From the NCBI GenBank assembly GCA_964016885.1, contig OZ024740.1, positions 436,480,001 through 436,544,000 of the forward strand: 64,000 nucleotides of DNA, given 5' to 3'. Shown piece after piece: positions 47,597-58,354 of this stretch. The position numbers were made by a program, and so were the translations under genes. Position 1 is the first letter of the stretch; the number at the start of each line of letters is the position of its first letter. Origin of the DNA: Eledone cirrhosa. Taxonomy: Eukaryota. Below the pieces are notes generated by a model, which worked only from the letters and a program-made list of their open reading frames with translations, searched no databases and was not told the DNA's origin.

Positions 47597-50500
47597 CCTT
47601 GAATCTCAGTCATTGATGTTGGTTAACTGGAAAGTCCGTTGGATTGAATATCAAGCCACTACCTGCAGCCTCAGATATTCAGGACGTATCGGAGGGTTCT
47701 TGCCGTTCCAAGCAAGCATGCCTTTTGAAGCGTTCCAAAAAGCGTGAAGGGGCCGATTTTCTTTAACCATCCCTGGAAACCTTTGGAGATAGTCCCCAGT
47801 GCGCCTATGACAATCGGGATCACTTTGACTTCATGGCAGTTCCAAATCCTTTTCACCTCCCACTTTAGGTCCTGGTATCGGTTAATTTTCTCCCTCTCCT
47901 TCTCTTGCACTCTCGTGTCGAACGGGCAGGCCACATCCACAATCAGGCACGATCTTTTTTCTTTGTCCACTACCACCAGGTCAGGTCTATTGTGTTCCAG
48001 TTTTTTGTCCGTCTGTATCCTAAAATCCCACAGCACCTTCACCTGACTGTTCTCCATCACCACCTCTGGCCTATGCTCATACCATTTCTCAGAATGTGGT
48101 AGATTGTTTACTTTGCACAGGTGCCAGTGGATCACCCTGCCCATCACATCGTGTCTCCAGCCCTTATAGTGGGTCTGGGCTAGGTGTTTACACTCGGACA
48201 CAATGTGAGCCACAGTCTCCTCTCTCTCTCCACAGATCCTGCACAGTGGGCTAGCCTCCTCCTTGTAGATATGGTGCTTCAACCACTTCGTTTTGAGGGC
48301 CTGCTCCTGCGCAGCCATTAGCATTCCTTCTGTAGCCTTTTTGAGGTCTCCTCTTCTCAACCAGTTCCATGTCTGTGGATCTCTAAATTCAGTTTTCTCA
48401 AAGAAGGTACTATGAAGGGATTTTCCCTTAAGGCTGCTCTTCCTCCTTGATGTTATTTCCTCCTTGGATATCCCCTGGCCTACTGTCCCCTCCTTCAGTA
48501 CAGCTCTGAGCATTGGCTCCTTACTATAGGTCACGTATTTGTATAGGTTGTTTTTCTCCATCTGAACACAGTCCTCTATGCTGATAAGACCTCCTCCACC
48601 CTCAGATCTCCTTAGGTAGAGTCTATCGACATCACTCCTCTTGTGGAACATGTTGTAGATAGTCAATAGCTTCCTAGTCTTCCTATCCATTTCTTTTTGT
48701 TCAGCAACATTCCATCTCAGAATTCCCGCACTGTACCTAATAATAGACACAGCTCGGGAATTTACTGCGCTTATGGCATTTCTGCTGTTCAGATGTGACT
48801 TCAATACGCTCCTTACTCTCCGAATGTATTCAGTTCTTAACAATTCCTTCATTTTTTTGTTCTTTATGCCATCAGCCTCCAGAACGCCCAAATACTTGTA
48901 TCCTTCCTCAGAGTCAATTTCCTTTATCATCTCACCTGTTGGTATCTGGATCCCGTTACTTCTGCTCAACCTACCCCTCCTCATCACAATGACTCCACAT
49001 TTACCAATACCAAACTGCATACATATATCACTGCTGAAAATACGGACAGTGTCAACAAGCACATCCAACTCCTTCTCACTTTTCCCAAAGAGCTTAAGAT
49101 CGTCCATGAAGAGGAGGTGATTGATGGTAAGCTCTCCCCTTCCCAACTTGTATCCTGCTCTCACTTTTCGCAGCATAATGGTCAAGGGCATCAGGGCAAG
49201 GACAAACAACAGAGGGGACAGGCTATCTCCCTGGAAGATACCTCTCTTGATCTTCACGCTTCCCAAGGATACTCCAGTTGATGTCAACTCTGTCTCCCAG
49301 GACCCCATACTCCTGCCCAGCAACTGTCTGATGTTATCTGCCACCCTGAAGATCTCCAGGCTTTTGGTGATCCAGGAATGAGGCACCATGTCAAATGCCT
49401 TTCTGTAGTCTATCCATCCCATGGCAAGATCAGTGTGTCTCCTCCTGCAATTCCCCATTACCATCTTATCAATAAGCAACTGGTCCTTTGTACCACGTGA
49501 CTTCTTTCGGCATCCTTTCTGTTCGTCCGGCAACAAGTTGTTTGTGTGGAGGTGATGGTAGATTTCCTCAGACACAATGCTCGTCAACAGTTTCCACATT
49601 ACGGGCAGACATGTGATAGGTCTATAGTTGGTAACATCATTACCCTTGATTCGGTCTTTCATTATCAGAACTGTGGTACCTTTTGTCAACCACTCTGGCA
49701 CCTCACCCGACACCAAGCAGTCATTGAACATGGCCGTCAGCTTCGGGTGGAGGGATGTTAAATGTTTAATCCAATACCCCTGCACACCATCTGGGCCTGG
49801 TGATTTCCAGTTGGTTAGTTTTTTGGCTTGCCCCTTAAGAGTTTCAACTGTGATACTCAAATCAGTCTGTTGCTGTGCCTGCTCACCGATCTCCCTCTGT
49901 ACTGTCTCAATCCACCATGCCTGGGCATTGTGTCTAACATCCTGCTCCCATATTCCTCTCCAGAATGTTTTAGCTTGTTCCGCCCCAGGGATCAAGTCGT
50001 TGCCTCTTTCTTTCCCCTCAAGCTGTCCAAACAGCATCTTCTGGTTGTTGTCGAACATGCGGTTCTGTTTATACTGACTGACTCTGTTCTCGTATCGCCT
50101 GATTTTGGCACTCTTTGCTACAATGCGTTGCTTCAATTCCTCTATGATAATATTTAGCTTTTTACTCCTAGTTTTGTATTTTATTTCCAGTCTATTTTTA
50201 GTGCCTATGTTTTTTAGTGTCCCATTCAGTAGTGACTCAAGCTTTCCTATGTCATTTCTCATTTCCTCGATTTGCCCACTCAGTCGCTTCTTCCACCACG
50301 GCTCTGCTCTTTCTTGTCTGTTGTTTCCTCTCGCTTTTATACCAAGTAGTTTCCTCACCGTATTTGCTGTTGCTTTGAGGATATTGTTGCACTGGTGAAG
50401 ACTCCTCGCCTCAAGGTATGGGATGACTTTGTTTACCTTAGCTGTTGTTTCTTTTAACTTTTTCCTGTCTACAAATCTTAGGTTCATAGGTCTCCCACTA

Positions 50501-52123
50501 TCATTGTTCAACTCATCTACCACTAAATTTAGGATGTCAACCGAATCTTGTCCTAGCCCGTCAGCATTCATCTCCTCAGTGGCCGTATCTCTGTTCCAGG
50601 TATTATTTATCTCAGTATTCAGATCATTGTCTGCTTCGGGTGCTTCCTCCGTTCTCAGGACCTCCTCACCTTCATTTCCCGCCGGCTCGCTTGTCTGGCA
50701 TACTACACCCGCCATCTCCAAGCCATTCTCTCTGCTCAGTTCCTCCAGTTCCAGCTCGCTTATCCACCCATTAGTTCTTATTACCCGAGCCTGTCCGGCC
50801 AATTTTTGTTCATCTAATTTAAATAAACCAATCTCGTTCCAGATGTTATGCATCCGTCTCCTGTAGCCCCTCTCCTTGGGGTTACTTTTCAGGTAGCATT
50901 GCATAACAGTTCTATTCAATTCTTTCGTCCAGTTGGTTCTGGCCCCTTTCCTTCTTCTTCTTCCTCCAACATCAGCAGTATTTGGTTGACAGTCAGGTTC
51001 CTGCTGCTGAGCCAGGGGGCACCTGTTGGGTGAGAGTCTGTCACATGACGTTCTAGTCTCCATTTCACCGTTATTCGAACTGTTTATGTTCGATATTTAA
51101 ACACTCTTATCGAGGATTGGCGAATGTATGTTTACATAGCCATCTGTGGATCCGCCATCCCACTTGGCCCTTGTGTGGCATTATCACCACGCTGTATACG
51201 GACACACATAAACAAACAAACACACGGGCAGAAAGGGCCCCAAAAATGAATAAGCATAAGTTTCATTGTAATGTAGTATTCGAATGTCTGACTTAGTTTT
51301 TGTTTTTTAAGTTTTACTTTTTCCCCCCTCTTCTCTGTCCGTCCGCCTGCTTCTCTCTTCATTCTTATTTTCTTTACGTTTTTGGGGTGTCTTTTTTTGT
51401 TTTTGTTTTTCTCTGTTTGTTTTTCTCGTTTTTTGCTGTTGTTGCTGTGCTGCTTTTGTTGTTTGTTTTTTCTTTTTTCTTTTGAGTCTATCTATATATT
51501 TTGATGCCTTCCTCTTTGTTAGTAGTAGGAATTCTATAATGTGGAAGTGGCAGCCAGCAGAGACTGGCGGCGTTGGCGATACTGAGACAGTGGTGGTGGT
51601 GGTGTCGATACCGAGGCAGTGGTGGCGGTGATGCGACCGTATTACTGTAGTGATGGTGCTGTAGCGGTGGCAGCAGCAGTGAAGGAGTCAAGGGGTGGTG
51701 GCGGCGGTGATGGGATAGTGGTGGTAATGATGGCCGTAGTGAGCGGTGGCGGTGAAGGTGAAAATGCTGTTGTGTTTAGTGTACACAGATGATGGGGTGG
51801 GTGGTGTATCTAGTTTCTGGTGTTGGTGAGTTTAGCTGTCCTATATAGTGTAGCCAGAGGAGAGGAGGGGGGGGGGGTTCTTCTTCTTCCATTTATAGCC
51901 ATTTTTTTTTGGATATACAGTGTACAATACAAAGTTGAATATTTGAATATTTGAGCCTTATAACAATATATTTTGGGTCCGAATTTTTTGGAGGCTCAAG
52001 CCGGGTGCTTTACGTAGCATTTGTACTAAGAGTTGTTATTTCACAAATGATTTAAATATGTTAAAAATTCAAAACTTACGGGAGCGATTTCATGACCTTC
52101 GTCACCTCGTGCGTCTTCTTCCC

Positions 52124-52124
<1 letters not shown>
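47597..52124 (-). mobile_element. R4/Dong family A, full length with ~1.06-kb 5' leader (copy A5)
   Basis: Single intact ORF; bounded by (ATT)n at ~47561-47596 and ~52125-52170. Confidence 0.92.
47671..51063 (-). CDS. R4/Dong-clade RT + CCHC + restriction-like (PD-D/ExK) endonuclease, 1130 aa
   Basis: WKSPGPDG, YRPITCL, EQKG, IDYRKAFD, IFQGDSLSP, FMDD, YKYLG; CRIC..ET..H...C, RHD, RPD...IVDV..P...EKINRY. Confidence 0.95.
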   Translation of the reverse strand: METRTSCDRLSPNRCPLAQQQEPDCQPNTADVGGRRRRKGARTNWTKELNRTVMQCYLKSNPKERGYRRRMHNIWNEIGLFKLDEQKLAGQARVIRTNGWISELELEELSRENGLEMAGVVCQTSEPAGNEGEEVLRTEEAPEADNDLNTEINNTWNRDTATEEMNADGLGQDSVDILNLVVDELNNDSGRPMNLRFVDRKKLKETTAKVNKVIPYLEARSLHQCNNILKATANTVRKLLGIKARGNNRQERAEPWWKKRLSGQIEEMRNDIGKLESLLNGTLKNIGTKNRLEIKYKTRSKKLNIIIEELKQRIVAKSAKIRRYENRVSQYKQNRMFDNNQKMLFGQLEGKERGNDLIPGAEQAKTFWRGIWEQDVRHNAQAWWIETVQREIGEQAQQQTDLSITVETLKGQAKKLTNWKSPGPDGVQGYWIKHLTSLHPKLTAMFNDCLVSGEVPEWLTKGTTVLIMKDRIKGNDVTNYRPITCLPVMWKLLTSIVSEEIYHHLHTNNLLPDEQKGCRKKSRGTKDQLLIDKMVMGNCRRRHTDLAMGWIDYRKAFDMVPHSWITKSLEIFRVADNIRQLLGRSMGSWETELTSTGVSLGSVKIKRGIFQGDSLSPLLFVLALMPLTIMLRKVRAGYKLGRGELTINHLLFMDDLKLFGKSEKELDVLVDTVRIFSSDICMQFGIGKCGVIVMRRGRLSRSNGIQIPTGEMIKEIDSEEGYKYLGVLEADGIKNKKMKELLRTEYIRRVRSVLKSHLNSRNAISAVNSRAVSIIRYSAGILRWNVAEQKEMDRKTRKLLTIYNMFHKRSDVDRLYLRRSEGGGGLISIEDCVQMEKNNLYKYVTYSKEPMLRAVLKEGTVGQGISKEEITSRRKSSLKGKSLHSTFFEKTEFRDPQTWNWLRRGDLKKATEGMLMAAQEQALKTKWLKHHIYKEEASPLCRICGEREETVAHIVSECKHLAQTHYKGWRHDVMGRVIHWHLCKVNNLPHSEKWYEHRPEVVMENSQVKVLWDFRIQTDKKLEHNRPDLVVVDKEKRSCLIVDVACPFDTRVQEKEREKINRYQDLKWEVKRIWNCHEVKVIPIVIGALGTISKGFQGWLKKIGPFTLFGTLQKACLLGTARTLRYVLNI

Positions 52125-52171
<47 letters not shown>

Positions 52172-55100
52172 GTTGCATTTATCTTGCTTTATGTTTATAC
52201 GAGCTATCACCAAGTCACAACCAGTGACCTCAAGAGACAACAAGGTCCGCCATGTTCAAAAAAGAACATACATACACACACATGCATCTTTAGGTGTTTA
52301 GACTTGTGATGTACTTATATTGACAGAATCTTCCTTAGTATATGGGCAGTTCCCATTAGTACTATCTTTTGTATTTCTCCTATACGCGGGTTTCCTGGGA
52401 TTTGCGATAAGTAATCATTAGACCCCTTAGGTATCATTCCTAGAGCGCCTACAACCACTGGTATTGCTTTAGTTCTCAATTTCCACATTTTTCCAATTTC
52501 TATCTCCAGGTCTTTATACTTGCTAAATTTTTCAAATGTTTTTATAGATACATTCTTGTCTATTGGAACGGACATATCAATTAGCAGGCATACCCTCTTT
52601 TTAAAGTCCTTCAATATTATATCAGGCCTATTTGCATCTATTTTTCGGTCTGTTTGGATGCTAAAGTTCCACAAGATTGAGATGTGATCTTTTTCAAGTA
52701 TGGGAGGTGGTTGATGCTCCCACCAATTCTTTTGATGGGGCAGGTCAAAATGCTTACACATTATCCAATGTATGTATTGTGCAGCTGTCATGCCTGTTTA
52801 GGTATTCGGTTGGAGCTATAGGACTGCACATTGAAATTATATGATCAATGGTCTGTGGTTGGTTTTTACATACACGGCATAATGGGCTGCATCCATTTTT
52901 TATTATGTTGGCTTGGTAATTTTTTGTTGGCAGACACCGATCTTGTGCTGATATAATCAGTCCTTCAGTCTCCGATTTCAGTCCAGAAGATGCCAACCAC
53001 TGATGGGTTAAAGTTTTGTCAACATCAGGATTGTTAGCCTTTTCTGGGTATTTTCCATACAGAGGCTTTTCTTGCCATTTCTTAGCCAGTTTCTGTAGCA
53101 GTTCTTTCTTTGCAGTTACTTTTACCTGCTTTGCTTTTTTTGTGTTTTCCATTTCAGCACTAAATGGGACTTCTGAAATTTGTAGTCCATTACTGTATCT
53201 TTGTGCATCTTTTGTAATGGAGCATGATCTTTTGATGCTTTCGTGTTTCAAAACGAGTTTGATCATCCAATCATGTGATTCCCTTAGATATGTAGATAAT
53301 CCGATTGTTGCAGTTTTCAACGCAATATCTAACTGAATTAACCCACGTCCTCCTTCTTTCCTAGGGAGATATATTCTATCTGCATCTGCCTTAGGGTGAT
53401 GCATTCTGTGCATGGTTAAGAATTTTCTAATTTTTGTATCGAGCCTACGGATCTCTGTGCTTGACCAGTTGATGACATTGTAACTGTAGGTTACTACTGG
53501 TATGGCAAGCGTGTTTATGGCATCGATCCTATTCCTTGCATTCAATTCCGTTCTTAAGATTGCTCTTACTCTGCGGTAACATTCCTTCCTTATCCTTTCC
53601 CTCATTGTCGAGTGCTTGATTCCGTCTCCTTCTCAAACACCTAAATATTTGTAAGTTTCCTCTTGATCAAGTTCTCTTATCACATTCCCCCGATCAAGAT
53701 TAATGTCTTAACTTTTAAGCAGCTTTCCTCTGGTGAACGTTGCTTTGGCGCATTTATCTAGCCCAAACTCCATTTTAATGTCATCACTGAACTGCTCCAC
53801 AGTGGATAATAGCCCTTGCAATTGTTCATCATTTTTTGCAAATAGTTTCAGGTAGAACAAGTGATTAATGGTTTTGTCAAAGACTTTATATCCATGTTTT
53901 GTTTCATTGAGCATTTTACTTAATGGTATAAGTGCGATGCAGAATAAAAGCGGTGATAAAGAGTCACCCTGCAAAATTCCACAATTAATATTAACTTCTC
54001 CAGCTTCCAGTGATTTTTATTCACTATTCAAAAGGAGTGTCGTTTTCCATGTCTTCAGACTGAATGACAAGAACCTCCTGACAACGGGAGATATTTTGAA
54101 AATCTCTAAACATTTTTCAATCCAACTGTGTGGCAAACTATCGAATGCTTTTTTATAATCTATCCAAGCAATTGATAGATTTTTGTGTCTATTATGACAA
54201 TCTTGCAGTATCATTTTGTTAACCAAAAGCTGATCCTTACAGCCATATGAGCCTCGTTTACACCCTTTCTGCTCATTGGGAAATAGGTCCTTTGTTATCA
54301 GGTGGTCATATGTATATTCAGTTAGGACTTATGTTAAAATGTTATACATTGTGGTCAAGCAAGTTATCGGTCTGTAATTTTTGGGATTGTTTGTCTCCTC
54401 ATTCTTCGGAAGCAGGAATCTAATGCCGTTAACTAGCCATGATGGTATCTTTTCTGGCTCCTTAACTATTTCATTGTAAAAAACTCTGTGAAGGCATTTA
54501 TCCAAAAATTTGGTATTTTGTCTTTTCCATTTGCTGGTTTTTCTAAGAGCCAAACGCAACTGTTCAACTGTTATATTTTCCCATATTTGTTCCTCAAGGT
54601 GAGCTGTATCTTTCATTTGTCTGTCTATCCATGGGGCATGTATATTATGAACTTTTTCTTCGGCCCAGATCTTTTCCCAGAATTCTTGCACTTCCTCCTT
54701 GCGTGGTATTGATTTAGCAGTTATTGTTGACTTGCCAATTTTTCTGTAGAAGTTTCTTTGGTTGTTTTTGAACATATTATTGTCCTTATAGAATCTAGAT
54801 CGTTTTTCAAAGCGCCTTATACAATCAGCTTTGGCCGACACTTTTTGCTTGATTATTTCTATCAGCATGTCTATGTCACTTGTTGATTTTATACTGTACT
54901 TTCTTTTCAATTTTCTAAGTTTAGTTTGTTTAACATGTTCACCTACTTTATAGTTTTTTAAAATTTCTATGTCAGATCGGAGAAGGTTTATTTGGCGATT
55001 GATGTTCTCTTGCCAAATAGATTTCTTGTGGAAATTCCTTTGTTTTTTCATTTTCACTCCACATAAGTGAGTGGTGACTTTAGCCGATGCATAATAGAGA

Positions 55101-57057
55101 TGATTTAAATCAGTAATGTTTAGTTTGTTTGTGATGATAATGTTTTTGAGAATTATGTTAGTCTTGTGTATTATCTTTTGGTTCTGTTTGGAGTTCTGAA
55201 ACTTAGGGAGGGTGTCTCGTTCCCCCATGTCAGATTCTTTCATTTTCATCCATTCGATCATAATTTCATCCTTCAAGTTGGCAAGTTCATTCTCATTCAT
55301 TTCTTTATCATTTACGATCTCATCGTTTTCATTTTGAGTTTCATCTTGAGCATGCACTCCCTCCACTTTTTCGATCCTTTCTTTAATTTGTTCTGTTGTC
55401 AGTGATTCCGCCCCAACCCCGGGATTCGAAGTGTTACAATTTACCTCGTTTTCACTGACACATGTTTCATTTTCCCTTCACTGACTTTGTGCTAATAGCT
55501 TGATCTGATCAATTTCTATATCAGTTAGTAACTTTTTTTTAACAATATTTCTTCGTATATTGGCTAGTTTGTTACTGTCAATATAGCCTCTGTGTTCGTG
55601 ATGTTTCTTTTTCCAGTTGATATATGTCTGTTCTGTATTCGATGTATTTGATGGGTAGTACATGGCAGTGTAGAAAGCCTCAAGGACTTCTTTATTATCT
55701 TCCCTTGACCATTTTTCTCTCTTTTTCTTTGGATTTCTTGGTGGTGAGCATGGAGGGCCAACAGTAGGAGTATTCCGGTTATGAGAAGTCTCCAGCTCCG
55801 AAGTGATGGGAAGGTTTGAACCATTAGCTGATTTTTCGACCCCAGTCTGGTTCCTCTCTAAGGGACGTGGCCCTTTTTGACGCGGGTGACGGCCGATCCG
55901 GAATGAGATTTTATCATTTGACATTTACTTTATTTTGTCGCGTTTTATCCTTATCCGCCAAGGGGTAATCATTTCGTGTTACCACTTCTAGGACGAGTGT
56001 CAACCAAGACTAGAGGCGTCGTCCTCCCCTAGAGACACGGCTATTCCCTGCCGGCCGCCATCCCGGTATTTCTTGGTGACGGGGTTTTCTTTTTTGTTGT
56101 TTTTTAAATTGTTATTATCATGAGTGGTTCCTTAATGTGAGTATTGCGTGGCTTAAGAATGAAATTATTATTAATAATATAATATACTTTTTGCTGAAGT
56201 TGCCTGTTATTGTTGTTGGCTATGTCGGTGGTGGTGCTGGGGTTTTTTCTATTGTTGGTGGGGAAGGGGGGAGCCAGCAGTGCCATAGTCGTTGACATTT
56301 GACCGAGTCACTAAGTCAATCTATTTATATCTTTTGCTAGCCTCTCCCTTGTCTAGTGATACCACCACCTTCCCCTTTCTAAAGTTAACAGAAGGTAATG
56401 GGGGAATAGTGGTGGTAGCAATGAAGGAGTGGTGGCGGCGGTGATGGGATAGTGGTAGCAATGATGGATGGAGTGGTGGCGGCGATGACTATAGTGATGG
56501 CGTTGTCGTTACTGAGTTTTGTTGAATAGACTGTAGTTTGTTTGATCTGTGTATCTATGCGGTTTGTCGCATATGTTTAATATATGTGTTGACATATTTT
56601 CTTAATATTTGAATTAAACATTTTGAGAAAACTTGAGATACAATAATAGTAATTATTATTATTATGCTGGGATTGGTGGTGGTGGTGGTGAAATTGCCGT
56701 TATCTGGCTGTTGTATTTAGTGTACACAGAGGGGTGATGGGATAGGTGATTATCTAGTTTGTGGTGTTGGTGAAATTGCTGTTATTTGGCTGTTCTATAT
56801 AGTGTAGACAGAGGGGGTTTTCTTCCATTTATAACCATTTTCTTTTTTGAATATAAAATTTATAATACAAAATTGAATATTTGAGCGATATAACAGGATA
56901 TTATGGATCCGAATTTTCTGAAAGTTGAGTTTGGTGCTTTATGTATCGTTTGTACTAAGAATTGTTATATCACAATTGTTTTAAATATGTTAAAAATCAA
57001 AAACTTACGGGAGCGATTTCATGACCTTCTATCCACCACGTGCATCTTCCCTCATCC

Positions 57058-57058
<1 letters not shown>
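52172..57058 (-). mobile_element. R4/Dong family B, full length but degraded (copy B2)
   Basis: Fragmented ORFs from 55924 to 52315 with RT and RLE motifs, a ~1.1-kb 5' leader, and (ATT)n on both sides. Confidence 0.9.
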
Positions 57059-57098
<40 letters not shown>

Positions 57099-57180
57099 GT
57101 TATTATTATTATTATTGTTATTAGTATTATTATTGTTATTATTATTATTATTGTTATTATTATTATTATTGTTATTATTG
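57059..57180. repeat. (ATT)n microsatellite, right edge of the LINE nest
   Basis: ~120 bp of ATT with occasional GTT. Confidence 0.95.
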
Positions 57181-57729
57181 TTTTTTTTCCTGATACTTCG
57201 ATCAATAATTCTGATGACCTGAAGAAAACAGAAGAGTTGATCAATTTTTTTGCAACTGTTCTATTTGTTTTCTAATATATATGATTTGCTTTTCCTAAAA
57301 CTTTCCTAACGGAACCTTGAAATGACAACCAGAATGATCCGTCAAGCAATTCCGTGCATGTCTCTAAGAGACGCGGGAAGTCTATCAGGGCTTACAACAG
57401 AGATAGTATTTGTCTTATCTATGGCATATGTAACATCCGTTTCTTTAATCTCTGTGTTATCAATTGCAACCTGTGAAGCAAACATGAAGAGCTAGACGAG
57501 CTCAGAAACATGTTTATGAACCGGTTGCATTGTGAAGCCGCTGTTTTAATGCGTGATGAGAATTTCATATAATACCTGCGGTGCTCCAGTCAGTGAACCG
57601 CCTCTTTCAAGTTAACGACATATTTCTTACCTGTACACATCAATAACAAAAAATCTTTAGGATGTAGAAAGAAAAAGAATAACAGAGCTCGAATTTTTAC
57701 CAAGTTCAATTACACATTTCTACAGCATG

Positions 57730-57762
<33 letters not shown>

Positions 57763-58293
57763 ATGTGTGTATGTGTGTGTCCTGTGTGTGCATGTGTTTT
57801 TGTATGTGAGTGTATGTGTGTGGGTGTGGGTATGTGTGTATGTGTGTATCATGAGTGAAACAAATACTAGAATAAAATAATATAAATGTATATATTTATG
57901 TATGTACACCCCCCCCCCCCACACACACACATATAGATATATATTAGCGGGAGTCGCTGCCGGATATAAAGACGTGAGTGATTGAATTCTTGTTCGTTTA
58001 ATAAACGCTGATATTCTGCAATCCACTCTATATAGATATCATAAGATAACAATTTTTTCCTGGTTTTCTTTATAGATATCTCCCCACTTCTACCTCTGTA
58101 TATATATATGTATATATGTGTGTATATATATATATATATGTGTGTATGTATGCTTTTGTGTCTGTGTGTGTGTGTGTATTTGCATGTGTGTTTTTATTTT
58201 ATTTTTATTTTCCTTCTTCTTTCTCCAGCCTCACTTTCATATAGATTGCATTTTTGTTTTTAAAATCCAAATTCAATAAACAGACCAGGATTT

Positions 58294-58354
58294 TTTCATT
58301 CTGATGATTGAAAGCAACATTTTTTTGCTTTTAAGAAACCACTGGTAAATGGAA
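58294..58354 (+). ncRNA. Type I hammerhead ribozyme in 5' pLTR
   Basis: ttcatt-CTGATGA-ttgaaagc...gcttttaa-GAAA-cc act gg-TA-aatgga. Confidence 0.85.

Noticed and set aside
57200-57245. CTGATGA motif with flanking gatcaa/ttgatc
   Set aside because: No proper GAAA-stem III-UH segment.
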